Translations under genes and position numbers: made by a program | From: Callorhinchus milii | Taxonomy: Eukaryota | Assembly: GCF_018977255.1 (NCBI RefSeq) | Contig: NW_024704742.1 | Span: 59,212,001-59,276,000, forward strand | Length of the DNA stretch: 64,000 bases | Reading direction: 5' to 3' | Shown: positions 26,561-39,826 of the stretch, piece after piece | Position numbering within the stretch: the first letter of the stretch is position 1 | Layout of the letters: every line of letters begins with the position of its first letter | Notes under the pieces: model-generated | The model's input: only the letters and a program-made list of their open reading frames with translations | Told to the model about the DNA's origin: nothing | Databases searched by the model: none

Positions 26561-28469
26561 TTGTGAAATAGTGATTCATTTGATGACTTAATATCCTTGA
26601 CATAGATTTATAGTCACTAAAAATGTTACAGAATTGCTAAACTGTAAGGCACAGGTTGATATGATTGTATTATCCACATGTTTTCCAGATTTCAATACAG
26701 TATATACAAGTATGTTTTTTTCTATTTTATGTTGCAGACTTTAATCCAATTGTGGATTCAATCGAGTCCAATTCAATGCATCTTTGAAACATTTTTATAA
26801 TACAATATTCCAGTTATATTGATGTTTGTCAGTGTATAGGAAAGAGTCTGTTGCTTTAAAAGAGTACAGCTTTGAAACATATTAATAATAATCCTTACAT
26901 CTGACATTGTGTCTTATCACTGTGGAGACGTCTCAAAGTGCTTTACAGGATTTTACTGTAAATGCAATGTGTATTTAGAGGCGAACAGCTTTGAAAAATG
27001 TTATCCTTCAGTGGTATGCAACAGATAGCTCAACAATTACATTTTTGTCAAATTATTACTGAAATAACTTCTCAAATTTAAACGCATTTGCTGAATCTTC
27101 ACTCACGTTTGCTAACACAGTAACAAAACCCTCGACCAACAAGACTTTGAAGTTTGTTAGCACTGGTTGACAGGACTACTGTGCTGGAGATATGTTCCAG
27201 ACTTGGTGGACTCTTAAGTTCAATCATCAAAATAGCTTCATTAGTCAAGGGTTACTCAGAAGCCACATAGAGCTTGGTTTCTGCTTAGATAACCTGCCAG
27301 TGAGCCAGCTTTTGATCACTCACAGTTCTGCTTGCAATATCATGATATGGTGCAATCGATTTTCTACGGGGCACAATTCTATACATGAGGGCTGTGGACA
27401 TACAATTGTACGCTTCATACATATTTTGTACAGCACATTAAATGATGCTTTTAAACATTATAAATTGGTCCAAAGTGTCCAATCGTGATTCATTTGGTGC
27501 CTTTTTTTNCCTTGATAAATGAAGCATTCAACTGTTAATTGAGAAATAATGGGTCTCCAAAGTGATTTATTCCCACAAATTAAAGGTCAGATTTGAAAAG
27601 TTGCTATTCAAGACGCAGCTGACTTCCTTGACAAATCTCTTTGAAGCTATCGACTTAGCATCCATTATGATTTTTTTCTCCCATTGTGATTGTTCATTTT
27701 TCTATCATTGCTTTTCATTTCATGACATTCAAAAAAATATCAAATTACATGAAAATTATTGTTGTGCCTATCTGATGCTAGCTAGACTGAACTCTTTTGA
27801 ACTGTGCTCTCTCTTTAAAGTGTAGTATAGTGAGCAGAGATTCTTCCCACTTGGCTCTTCTTAACTTTAATGCCAAAGTAGGTGGAATGGTGCAAGCTGG
27901 TCAAGCAGCAAGGAACTTGCCAGACAGTGCTCTCAATGTCAAGCTTTGTGGTTTTGGCTGGTAAACTCTAGCAATACCCCCAACGGACAATCAGGGGTCC
28001 ACAAACCTTGGCTCTTGCCAACCTACTCCTAAATTAGGTAAGCAGAGTGCATGGCTGTAGGGAGTGCACTTTTCATTTCAATCACAGGGAAATTTCCATG
28101 TGTAGATGGCCTATATATGTGGAACTCTGACTTGTTTGGTACTCTTTGGTATGGTGATGGATTTCCTCATGTGTTGTACACCCAGCTGAGCAAAAACAAC
28201 TAAAGTACTGGAACTTTTTGTCACTTTCCAACAAGTGTTAGAACATTCTGTCTTCAGATTTAAGAGTGAGCAGAAGTGTTGAATGTTCAATTCATTCTTT
28301 TAATTTGGAAGCTAGTTTTCTGCAGTTCTTAAAAAGAACCAGCCTTCAAATTAATAGGCAGAATTTATCAATTTTCTACAATTTTGACAAATCTCAAGTT
28401 TTAAGTCAAAATAGACTTGCAAGCCAACATTACATGAACTTTCAGGCTTCTTGTCTGACTTTGCATCCA

Positions 28470-29607
28470 CAACAACAACAACAACAAGATTCCATTTATA
28501 GAGCGCCTTTCACATCGGGAGGACGTCCCAAGGCGCTGGACAGTTGGGTCAGGACCCGAGCAGGGGAGAAATGGTCAGGGTGAGGGGAGGGAAGGGAGGG
28601 AGTGAGGAGGGGGTAGAGAGTCGAGAGGGGAGCTGAAGGCACAGTCAAAGAGAAAGGTCTTGAGACCGGCCTTGAAGGAGGAAAGGGAGGAGGCAAGGCA
28701 AAGGCACTGGGGGATAGAGTTCCAGAGCCTTGGGGCTGAGAGGCTGAAGGCCCGGCCACCGATGGTAGGGCGGTTGGGGAGGGGGATGTGGAGCAGCCCG
28801 GAGCCAGAGGAACTGAGGGTACGGGCGGGTAGGTAGGGGGATAGTAGGTCGAAGAGGTAGGAGGGAGCGAGGCCGTGAATGGCCTTGTAGGTGAGGATGA
28901 GGATCTTGAAATCGATCCTCTGGGGGATGGGGAGCCAGTGGAGGCGAGCGAGGGTGGGAGTGATGTGGTCCTGGTGCGGGACAGTACATGAGCTGCAGAG
29001 TTCTGAATGACCTGCAGCTTGTGGAGGGAGGTGCCGGGGAGGCCGGCGAGGAGAGAGTTCCCATAGTCCAGCCTTGAGGTGATAAAGGTGTGGACCAGAG
29101 TTTCAGCCGCGTGAGGGGTGAGGTAGTGCCGTAGTCTGGCGACGTTCCGGAGGTGATGGAAGGCGGTGCCAGTTGTGGTGCGGATATGAGGGAGAAAGGA
29201 CAGCTCAGGGTCGAACAGAACCCCGAGGTTCCTGACTGGCTTTGAGAGGTGGAGAGTGCAGCCTTGGATGCTGATGCTGTCAGCGCCTGAGGTGCGGAGG
29301 CGCTGACGTGAGCCAATCAGGAGGGCCTCAGTTTTACGCACGTTGAGCTGAAGAAAGTTGTCTTTCGTCCAGGACTCGATGTCGGACAGGCAGGCTGTCA
29401 GGACATCGGTGGTCGTGGAGTTGAGGGTAGAGGAGGAGAGGTAGAGTTGGGTGTCATCCGCATACATGTGGAAGTTAACCCCATGTCTGCGATGATGTCT
29501 CCAAGGGGGAGCATATAGTGGGTGAAGAGGAGGGGACCAAGGACAGAGCCCTGAGGGACACCGCACGAGACAGTGCGGGGGCTGGAGGAAAAGCCATTCA
29601 TGGAAAC
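28470..29607 (-). mobile_element. Young L2-type LINE, 5'-truncated
   Basis: [23 protein letters not shown] and [10 protein letters not shown] in ORFs 29398..29643 and 28496..29566; (TTG)n tail at 28470. Confidence 0.95.
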
Positions 29608-30924
29608 AAAGTATAAATTATATAAATTATAATTTAAGTACAAATTAGTGATAATTGATGGACAGTTTGAAGCTGTGGACTATTTCCCACTAGGACATGA
29701 ACTGCGATTGCCCAACCTCGAAATAATTTCACAGGATTCTTTACAAAGATGAGATTGTCACCTTATCAATTAAATGATTTTCACACTTCGCATAATCCCC
29801 CAACTAGCGAGATAGTTATAGGGTGATAGGTGTCAAGTTATGAGTTAGTTCGAGTTGTGATGTGCTATGAGCTATGTACTGTGAGAAAATGATTTGTGCA
29901 AAGTCTTCTGCGATATACTGGTAACACAATGTTAATGAGCTCCATATTTTTAACAATTCAGTTCCATTTACTCTCAGAGCATTATTGAGTTGAGGTTTAA
30001 AATTCTGCATAACACAGTGTGACCACTGATATTTCAGATGTGTGTAACTTTTTTTTGGATTTGCTCTAATGTAATACATCACCTTGAGTTACCGTGAAGA
30101 TATCAACAAATCCCGCAGAGTATGATGAGATTTTATCCACCAGGTATTAATTTCACCACCTGGGAGATAATTCATTGTGGAGAAATGAAAAATGATATTT
30201 CACTACAGGGCAGGTCTGGTCTTCCACTTTATGTCTTGATAGTTATTGATACCTGCCTTTTGGAAGGGCAATCTAAGTGAATGCAACTAGAAAGGCTGAA
30301 TGGTCAAGTGTATTAACTCATGAAATAAAATAGGTCGCTCCGTTTACCAATGTTCGCATGAAAAATTCGAGATAATTATGTGATAATTATCACTGGTGAT
30401 AATAATCAGATTGTTTTTGCATTTCATCCACAAATATACAGTCAATTCAGTTTACAGTATATTCTGTGAAGATGTCCAGAAGACGTGAAAAGCACTGTAT
30501 CAAATGCAAGGATTATTATTATATTATTATTGTGGGAGATTCCAATGCTGACAATGTCCTAGTTGGCGACAGGATGTAGGTGAATACCCCTCCCCTAACC
30601 ATCCACCACAAATTCGTTATCCTTGTTGCACCTAAAGCAATTGCTGGAACTGGTGTGCAAAGTGTGAGAAAAGTCTTGAAAGTATTCATAAAACATGGAA
30701 ACTTTGGTGTAATAAACATTCTATGCATAGTACGTACACAACACAAGGTAATGAATCTTGGACTAAAATACATACGAGAATGCAAAATGACTTGCAGCAT
30801 ATTAAGTTGCAGTAATTCAATTGAGCAGCACTGGGGATGTCAAAAACTCAAATGTTTCGCACACGAGTTGAAAGGCAAGATTGATCTTTTGCCTTGAGCT
30901 CACTATCACATACAGTATTTGTCG

Positions 30925-31095
30925 CTGTATAACTACCAAGGGATCTTACTGATTTCTGGGACTCTTAAAGTGGTGCTTTGGATAGTCACTGCACATGTAC
31001 TGCCTGTATTGGAGACTCACGGTTTGATCAGGAAGGAGCAGGCTGGCTTCCACTCTTGTGAGGAATGTGTGGGACAGATTATGACTTTGTTTGAG
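30925..31095 (+). mobile_element. Isolated non-LTR RT fragment, RTE/RTEX-like (not L2 or CR1)
   Basis: NYQGILLISGTLKVVLWIV..LETHGLIRKEQAGFHSCEECVGQIMTLFE matches the RT domain 1-2 pattern NYRGISL..K....EQAGFR. Confidence 0.7.
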
Positions 31096-32374
31096 AAGGC
31101 AGAAGGCTAAGGGGAAGCCCACCTATGGCTTGGATATTCTTAAGCATGGTGATGGGTTTCCACTTGTGTTAGACATCCAGCTGATCAAAATACTTGTTAT
31201 TCTTTGTAAAGTATAAGGTGTCATTCAACAATTCATTGTTGCATTTTACCTACAAAATACACAGTTGTTACACTTCACACTAACATATATCCTGTGAAGC
31301 AATTTGAGACATGCTCTTGATGTGGAAGGTGCTTCATCAAATGTAAGGTTATTATATTATACAAACTGAGGGCAAACAAGTATTATTTTCTGCTGATTAG
31401 TAAAATTACCGAGCTTGGCAACGTAGTCTTAGAGTGGGAAAATGCCACTGTAAACTCATACAGCTGAAGTGAATCAATTTATCAAGAAGAGATTAGGTCC
31501 CACCTCCTCTTCTGCCCCCTCCAAAATTGTTTTGAATGTAAAGAAAATGAACTACTGTATTTTTTTTGAGCTTTGTTCTAGTAAGGTGGATGGGCACATT
31601 ACAGGGGAAAGGATAATAAAGATAAGGTAGCTAGGATCACCTAATGATTGGTATTGCAGTTCAAGCTTAATAACTTGACATGGCAAAAACCTTAGCAAGA
31701 CGCTGACTCCCACCTCCTCCAGTTGGTTCTTTTTCACCAATAAACCCGTCACTCAAAATTCTCACCACTATAACATTAACAACTCCTCGAAAAACAAAAA
31801 ATAACAGAGCCTGGAAAGTCTTGTATTTATTTTACAAACTGAAAAACTCAGGGGTCTCTTTTCAAGGCTGTAACACATCTCAAGGTTCCAATGACATAAA
31901 TCAGTCTCACAGTGTGGAAGGTTATCTAATCCACTTGATGTGTTGCAGTCTTGCAGCACTCGCCTAAATATCTGTTCTCCTGGATATCACCTTTTCAATT
32001 ACTTAGGGCGTAAGGGAAGAAACACTTTACGTTTCTGAACATTTCTCCAATTGTATCTTTTCTAGCATTGAGCATTAAACATCACAGAAAATGGCGTGTG
32101 CGGCTGTGAAACTGTTAAAACTGTGCACATACTAAAAGCTGCATATGGAAACTGGGATGCAAAGGATTAAGGAAGTACTTCAGTATGAAAGGATTAAGGA
32201 ACTTTATTATAAGAATGCAACATTGCCTAAAATGTATTGTGAGGTGAAAGCATGAAGTGGTGCACCAAAGTGTGGAAGGCCAAAGCATATGTTTGCCACG
32301 ATTGGGAACATATGTTTGCCCATTATAGATAACAGTATGCTTTTTTAAAAAAACTGTATACCAGGCTTCTGTTT

Positions 32375-34291
32375 TCTACCACATCCCGACTCCTCCGTTC
32401 CTCCCCGCCACCCCGCGCAGGTCAGCTCCTCCAACCTTCACTGCGAGGAGATGCTGGATTTCCTTGAATCCAAAATCAAGGGAATCTGCTCCACAGTCAC
32501 TCCCCCTCCAAATTCCACCCACCACCCACCCCTTCCCTCCCACACTCCAACTCCTACCCATCCTCCCCTACACACCTTCGAACCCGTTTCCCCACCCTCT
32601 GTCACCAAACTCATCTTGTCCCTGAAACCTACCACCTGCTCCCTTGACCCCATCCCCACTCCACTTCTTATCTCTCAGCTCCGCCTCCTTGCCCCACCTA
32701 TCACAGACATCATCAACCTGTCCCTCTCCTCTGGCTCTGTTCCCATTCCCCTAAAAACCGCCATCATCACTCCCATTTTGAAAAAAACCCTCCCTTGATG
32801 CATCGCAGCTATCAAGCTACCGGCCCATCTCCAACCTTCCCTTCCTGTCCAAGGTCCTTGAAAGGGTTGTTGCCTCCCAGCTGCGCTCTTTCCTCTCCAC
32901 CCATGCATTATTCAAACCCCTTCAGTCGGGTTTCCGTGCTGCCCATAGCACAGAAACTGCCCTGGTCAAGGTCACCAATGACATCTTGACCATCTGCGAC
33001 CAGGGCTCCCTCTGCCTCCTCGTCCTCCTCGACCTATCGGCAGCATTCGATACGGTCGATCACGCTATCCTCCTCCACCGCTTATCCTCTCACTTCAACC
33101 TTCAAGGCCTTGTCCTTGAGTGGTTTAGGTCGTACCTCTCCCACCGTCTTCATTCTGTTTCCACAAACGGCTTTTCCTCCAGCCCCCGCACTGTCTCGTG
33201 CGGTGTCCCTCAGGGCTCTGTCCTCGGTCCCCTCCTCTTCACCCTCTATATGCTCCCCCTTGGAGCCATCATCGCAGACATGGGGTTAACTTCCACATGT
33301 ATGCGGATGACACCCAACTCTACCTTTCCTCCTCTACCCTCAACTCCACGACCACCGATGTCCTGACAGCTGCCTGTCCGACATCGAGTCCTGGACGAGA
33401 GACAACTTTCTTCAGCTCAACGTGTGCAAAACTGAGGCCCTCCTGATTGGCTCACGTCAGCGCCTCCGCACCTCAGGCGCTGACAGCATCAGCATCCAAG
33501 GCTGCACTCTCCACCTCTCAAAGCCAATCAGGAACCTCGGGTTCTGTTCGACCCTGAGCTGTCCTTTCTTCCTCATATCCGCCACAACTGGCACCGCCTT
33601 CCATCATCTCCGAAACATCGCCAGACTACGGCACTACCTCACCCCTCACGCTGCTGAAACTCTGGTTCACGCCTTTATCACCTCAAGGCTGGACTATGGG
33701 AACTCTCTCCTCGCCGGCCTTCCCGGCACCTCCCTCCACAAGCTGCAGGTCATTCAGAACTCTGCAGCTCGTGTACTGTCCCGCACCAGGACCACATCAC
33801 TCCCACCCTCGCTCGCCTCCACTGGCTCCCCATCCCCCAGAGGATCGAATTCAAGATCCTCATCCTCACCTACAAGGCCATTCACGGCCTCGCTCCCTCC
33901 TACCTCTCCGACCTACTATCCCCCTACCTACCTGCCCCTACCCTCCGTTCCTCTGGCTCCGGTCTGCTCCACATCCCCCTCCCCAACCGCCCTACCATCG
34001 GTGGCCGGGCCTTCAGCCTCTCAGCCCCGAGGCTCTGGAACTCTATCCCCCAGTGCCTTTGCCGCTTCCTCCCTTTCCTCCTTCAAGGCCGGTCTCAAGA
34101 CCTTTCTCTTTGACCGTGCCTTCAGCTCCCCTCTCGACTCTCTACCCACTCCTCGCTCCCTCCCTTCCCTCCCCTCACCCTGACCATTTTCCCCCCAAGG
34201 CTCGGGTCCTGACCCAACTGTCCAGCGCCTTGGGACGTCCTCCCAACGTGAAAGGCGCTCTATAAATGGAATCTTGTTGTTGTTGTTGTTG
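32375..34291 (+). mobile_element. Young L2-type LINE, 5'-truncated, several frameshifts
   Basis: ORFs 32451, 32986, 33198 and 33422 carry [32 protein letters not shown] and YADD; tail gtgaaaggcgctctataaatggaatc(TTG)n. Confidence 0.95.
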
Positions 34292-34701
34292 TATACCAGA
34301 CAAGGAAATAAAGCATGTCTTACAATTTGCATCTCATTTATATAGCTGAGTGAAGTACACATCACACACATGGTTGAACAAAGAAGTGAAACGTCAGCAA
34401 GTGTTGGATATCAGCTTGAGAATTCTTAACAGTTTTGTAAAATTTAAACATAAATATATCAAATTAATTTTAACCCCACTACTGGGGAGAAATTCTACCT
34501 GGGTAGAGAGACTTATGCAATTTTATTAGCATTGCAGATTGTACAAAATCTGGAAAATTCTTCAAATCAGTCTGAACTTTGAAGTTTTTAAACAATATAT
34601 TTTTTAAAGAATCGGCAGATAACTGGCTTCAAAATTATTTTTTTAGAATTTCCCAAATTCTTCACACTCTAAAATACTAAGAAAATAGCGCAAGTCTAAA
34701 T

Positions 34702-35004
34702 TATAATAATAATAATCCTTGCATTTGATATAGCGACATCTCAAAGCCCTTCACAGAATAGACTGTAAAGTGAATTGAACTTATATTTGTGGGCGAAATG
34801 CAGCAGCCAGTTGCGCACAGCAGTGTCCCACAAACAATCGTGGATTGAAGTGACCAATTTATTTTTGTTTTGTTTTTTTGAAGGGATTATTATTAGGCTC
34901 TGTGTGGAGTAAGGAAACTTGCCCAAGGTTTCGCTCTGCCTGGAATTGAACCCAGGTGTCTCGTTTGCAAGGTGAGAGCTCTAACCACCGAGCTACAGGA
35001 CTCC
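34702..35004 (-). mobile_element. Full-length young tRNA-derived SINE
   Basis: Minus head ggagtcctgTAGCTCGGTGGttagagc..ttgcaa..GGTTCAATTCC with Pol III A and B boxes; (TAT)n tail. Confidence 0.9.
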
Positions 35005-36333
35005 ACTGTATTTCTACTGCTATATCTCTTGCTGTGTTGCGTGTTCCCTGTTGATATTCAGTGAACATAAAAATTGAAGGTAATTCACATATACGATTGT
35101 TATTTTGGGATTCACTGCAAAGAAAATCTACCTCGATGTTCTTAAGAGGCACTCTTTAATAAGCTTAGAGGCAGCAGATTGTCAACGATGTGCAATGGCT
35201 TGTGAGACACACTCAGAATTTATGAGTGACTCAGGCTCAAGCCAGGAAACTAAATCCTTTCCCACCTGGAATTTAAGAATTCCCATCTTTTTTTTAGAAA
35301 CCCGCAGCTCTGTTTCTATTTAATGTATTTTGTGCTCATTGAGGTTAGAAGTGATAGTGCATGGAAATTAAACACTATTTCATTGTGTATGTTTATGTGT
35401 GTGTGTGTGGGGTGGGGGGTGTTGGGGAAGGGAGTTTGGGGATGGGAGTGGGGGAAGTGTGGGGGGGGGAGATGAAAGGAGAAAGCACACTATCCGATCG
35501 GGTACAGCACATTTAGATGCAAAGCATATCTACCTCCTCAACAATATACCTCTAAGAGGATTGTACCGGTGTGCTATCTTCTACTTCACATGAGCCACCC
35601 TGTGGTGTCTCCGAGTAAGATTGCCAATTTATTACTTTGAGTAGTTTTGTGCTCTGAGCCCAAATCTAGCAAGAAAAAATGGATTGAAAGTGGTAAAAAT
35701 CATTTCATATCTTGTAGTCAAATGCCAGAATAGACATTCATCGAGTCAACTTAAGCTGGACCCAGAGGTTCAGCAAGGCCAATGTGTAACCCATTTGCTT
35801 ATTTTTGATGGGAAAAGGTTACCCTCTGGCGAGCACCATATCAATCAAGGGCTATTGTGCTCTGCTAATTGGAAATCCCTTTATAAATGCACATCAAAAG
35901 ATCCCGCTTAGAATAACAGTAATAACAATAATACTTACACTTACTACCATGCCTTATCACAATACTGAGACACCTCAAAGAGCTTCACAGAATTTATTGT
36001 AAAGCGGAGTGACTGTGTATTGTGTGGCAAAAGCTTTTAGATATTCCGCTCCTGCTCTCTGGAACTCCATCCTGGATTTCTTTCAACTTGCTCCCTGGCT
36101 TCATATGTTCAAAGATTTACCTCTTTGACCACGGTTTCCCCTCACCATGCTCCGACTCCCCCCATCTCAGACTCCCAGCCAGCAGTGTGAAGTGCTTTGA
36201 GATATCTTCCCAATGTAAAAAACGCTTAATAAATAATAATTGTATTATCTTATATTTGCTAGGCTTAGTGATAATAGCAGAATTAGCTTGCCGCAATGTA
36301 CATATATTCTGTTTTCTTAAAAATTCTACATAG

Positions 36334-36760
36334 CGTCAGTTTGGGTCAGTTGGTAGCATTTAGCCCACAAAATATACAGTCAATTAACTTTACAGTATAT
36401 TCTGTGAAGCGTTTTGAGATGTCGTGAAGACATGATAAGGCTCTATATCAAATGCAAAGATTATTATTATTATTCCATCTCTGGGTCAGAAGTTGGGGTC
36501 TTAAACCTAGGCTAACACTCCAATGAAGCACCTGGGGAGCACTGCATTGCCAGAGGTGCCATCATTCAGATAAGACATTCAACTGAGATCCGGTCTAGTC
36601 AATTTTAGGCAGACACCGAAGATACCATGATGTAATTTGAAAAAATAAGGAATTCACTTCAGGGCTGTTTGGGACTTTGCTGGTTCAATCGACAAAAATC
36701 AATCACTAAATGTGACAGTAATTACTCGTGCAGATGTTTGACATGATAAAGGTGCTATCC
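36334..36760 (+). mobile_element. Old Deu-type SINE with a young SINE 3' half nested at about 36361-36474
   Basis: Old head gtcagtttgggtcagttggtagca is interrupted by the young SINE body and (TAT)n tail, then resumes ctctgggtcagaagttgggg..gcattgccagaggtgcc. Confidence 0.7.
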
Positions 36761-36954
36761 AATTATTTCTTTCATCATAACTATCATTGTTATAAATCTC
36801 TAGCAAGTTATGTTTTGAGAAAATTATACTACATTATACAAAAACAAACATCTTCTTGAAAATCAACTAGATCCTTTGTCTCTTACAATCTTCAAGTGAA
36901 TATAATAATCTGCTCTCGGAGGTGTCAGATATGATGGGCCAAGTATCTCTGGGT

Positions 36955-37300
36955 TTTCTGGTTAAGTCCTTGGAGAAAACAAGCCTTCGAGATGATCAAA
37001 TTGAAGTTTTCATGATTATGAAAAGGACTGACAAAGTTAACGCGGGCAAATTGTTCTCCGTACAAAGGATTCAAATGCTAGGGGACACAACTTAATAATT
37101 AGGAAGTAAAAAAGTCTGACAGAAGGACCTTTTGTGCCAATTGCAATAGATTGTTTTATAAGTTATTAAAGAAGACAATTGAAGCAGAGAATATAAACGG
37201 GTTCAAGAAGAAACTGGATGTATTGCAGAGGGGAGAATGGTTTGAATGGTATGGTAAGGTTTATAACGTATGCGTTTTTTGGCACAATGGCCTGTTCCTC
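36955..37300 (+). mobile_element. Old CR1 3' fragment
   Basis: SLEKTSLRDDQIEVFMIMKRTDKVNAGKLF..RGHNL remnant and ING FKKKLD, the CR1 ORF2 C-terminus. Confidence 0.75.
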
Positions 37301-37445
37301 TTCAAAACATTTGTTGCAATTAAGTTGTGGATTGCCTGTGTAGGAAGGAGCTAGAGAATCAGGTGAGCAAGGAACTCGAATAGTCAAGCCTGGCAGGATA
37401 AAAGCGTATTTAACTGTCTCGGCAGCCCGGGGAGAGAATTAAACA

Positions 37446-37857
37446 ATAAATAATAATCCTTGCATTTTATACAGTCCCTCACCATTAATTTCAGAGAATG
37501 TAGTGACTGTATTATTTGGGCGAATGTGTCAGTCAATTAGTGCACAGCACTGACCCACCAACAGCCATAAAGTGAATAGCCAATTATATTTGAGAGATGG
37601 TTGACCAGGACACCCAGAAAAACTGCCTTCTCTTTTCAAACAGTGCCATGGGATATTGAACGTTCATGTGAACAGGCAGACAGGACCTCAGTTTTAGCAT
37701 CTCATCTGAAGGACGGCATCTTCCACAATACAGCATAACCCCAGCACTGCAGTAGAGTGTCAGCCTAGGTTATTTGAGCTCAAAGTCCCAACATGGGGCT
37801 TAAACCCACAATCTTGTGACTCACAGACAAGGGTGCTACCAACTGAGTAGGCTGACA
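37446..37857 (-). mobile_element. Near full-length old Deu-type SINE
   Basis: Minus head gtcagcctactcagttggtagcac..gagtcacaagattgtgggtttaagcccc, core, and (TAT)n tail. Confidence 0.8.
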
Positions 37858-38714
37858 CCTGAAGAGGTACATCAGGAATACTGCTACCTTCATGGAAAAC
37901 TCATGGGATGACCTCCCGATGTGAAAAGTGCAATACAAATGTAATTTGTTTGTTGTTATTGAAATACAGTGGAAAAGCTGGAAATTTGGTTTGGCTTACA
38001 AAATGCAATGAAAAACAATCGGAAAACAGATGAAAGGCATCAGCTACTGTAAAATTCTAACACTCATATACCAATTGTGACTCATGATGTTTTAATTATG
38101 TAAAGACGAAAGCAGTTGTTGCACCTTTTATTTGGATGCTGCAGGCTGGGTGGGGAGACTTGCAAATGCAAACATTAAAGCCAGCAGCTGGTGGCTGTCA
38201 ATCAGGTCTCTGTGGTCACAGACCACTGACTGTTAACAGTGTTACTGCAGGCAGAGGAGATCAACCCATTTCAGCATCTTGAAAGATAATGCCAGAAGAA
38301 TCTAAAGCAGGCATCATCAGTTTAAAAAAAAGGGATCGTGAACTGCTGATGCAAGAACAAATCTGACCCAAAATGACTTCAAAGTAATGTGTTCCATCTG
38401 CTCTACCGATTGCCCTGCCTGAAGCAATGGTGTATACAGGGTACGTTAATCTCGTAGTACACATATTATCTTTGACATATTGTATGGATTTTTTCCTCTG
38501 GTAACATTATGCCGTAGCCATCTAGGTAATTAAGATTTCCTTTTTAGTGATTTTCAGCGAAAACATGCAGCTTTATCTAATCAGTCAAGAGTTTAGTGCC
38601 AGTTTCCCCAGCATAGTTCTTGCACTGAAACCGTTGTCTTTTTCCAGGGAGTCTGATCAAGCCGGGAATCTACAACATGTCAATTTCCATAAAATTGTTG
38701 TTGAACTCAACTCA

Positions 38715-39055
38715 CACAGTCTAGTACTGGGAGTTTGCTGCATTGTCAGAGGTGCTGTCCTTTGGATCAGATATTAAACTGAAGCCATGTCTGCCTGTTC
38801 AGTTAGACAGCAAGGTCCCATGATCCCATAACACTATTCTTAAAGAAAAGGGAGTTTCTCCTGGTGTCCTGACTTCCCATGTAAAATTAGTCATGGCTGT
38901 TTGTGGAATATTTCCGTGCTTAAAATTGGCTGTCGCATTTGCTTACAAAACACGCAGTTACTACACTTTACAGTGAATCATGTAAAGATTAACCCTTTTA
39001 GATGTTCCCCCGTCATGAAAGGTGTTATATCAAATGCAAGGATTATTATTGTGTT
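38715..39055 (+). mobile_element. Old Deu-type SINE, core and tail
   Basis: tgcattgtcagaggtgctgtcctttggat..ttaaactgaagcc..tatcaaatgcaaggattattatt. Confidence 0.75.
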
Positions 39056-39725
39056 GTTATTGTTTTATGAGGTGAGCGGAATGAAATGTACACTGCAAAT
39101 CTTGTTTAATTTCCTTCGTCCACCATTAGACTGAGACACTGAAGTGAGAGTTTAATGGCAGAAACAAAGAATGAAGACAGAATGAATAAAACAAAGCACG
39201 GGAGATAAGGAATAGTGCTAAAGAATAAGCAACAAAAATAAAAGTTGGTTTTCTGTAAATTCTATCTCCTTTACACATTATCATCGGGACAGATGATAGG
39301 TTCTGAAACAGAAACTCTGATGAATAAATAAATAGTTATAGAAATCTTCAATAGGATACTTTATGTTGCAGGGAATATAATCCTTGGCTTTTGATACAAT
39401 TTCTGCTGCAGGGAAAGACTTTCAAAGCTCAAAGTGCTGATGCATTGCCAAGCATTCAAAGACCCCCTCCTGTGCACGTCACACTAAAAAATCTCTCTGA
39501 ACATGTGGAATTAAATTTATCTCCCCAGTATCCTCAGTTCCTGCTTGTGCTGGGGAGCTCAGGCCTCATTTTGATGAACTTTCAAAACACACACAAATGA
39601 GGCACTGAGCATCTATATGCCTGTGCGGTGGATAATTAGTGAGGTTTACTGCGTTTACATGAAGAATCAGAATTTTAAACAAGTGCAGCTTGTGGTTAAA
39701 GTTTAGTAAGTTCATTCTTTCTTAC

Positions 39726-39826
39726 GCCTCCATGGTCTGGGTCGACACCAATCACAAAGCTTGCGTACTGATCTCTGCGGCATACTGACGATATTGAAGT
39801 GCTCAAGTACGTACCACATATTTCAA
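39726..39826 (-). other. Candidate 101-nt internal exon of an unidentified gene
   Basis: Acceptor tctttctttgtag, donor ggc|gtaaga; only one open frame (xEICGTYLSTSISSVCRRDQYASFVIGVDPDHGG); several CpGs in a CpG-poor background. Confidence 0.4.

Noticed and set aside
27509..27509. Single ambiguous base n
   Set aside because: Assembly ambiguity next to a T homopolymer, not biological.
34930..35004. tRNA gene (TGC anticodon-like loop), also at 41080-41152 and 47790-47860
   Set aside because: It continues into a SINE body and lacks a proper acceptor stem, so it is a SINE head.
39726..39760. VIGVDP resembling a RuvC-type nuclease motif
   Set aside because: A six-residue similarity alone is expected by chance.
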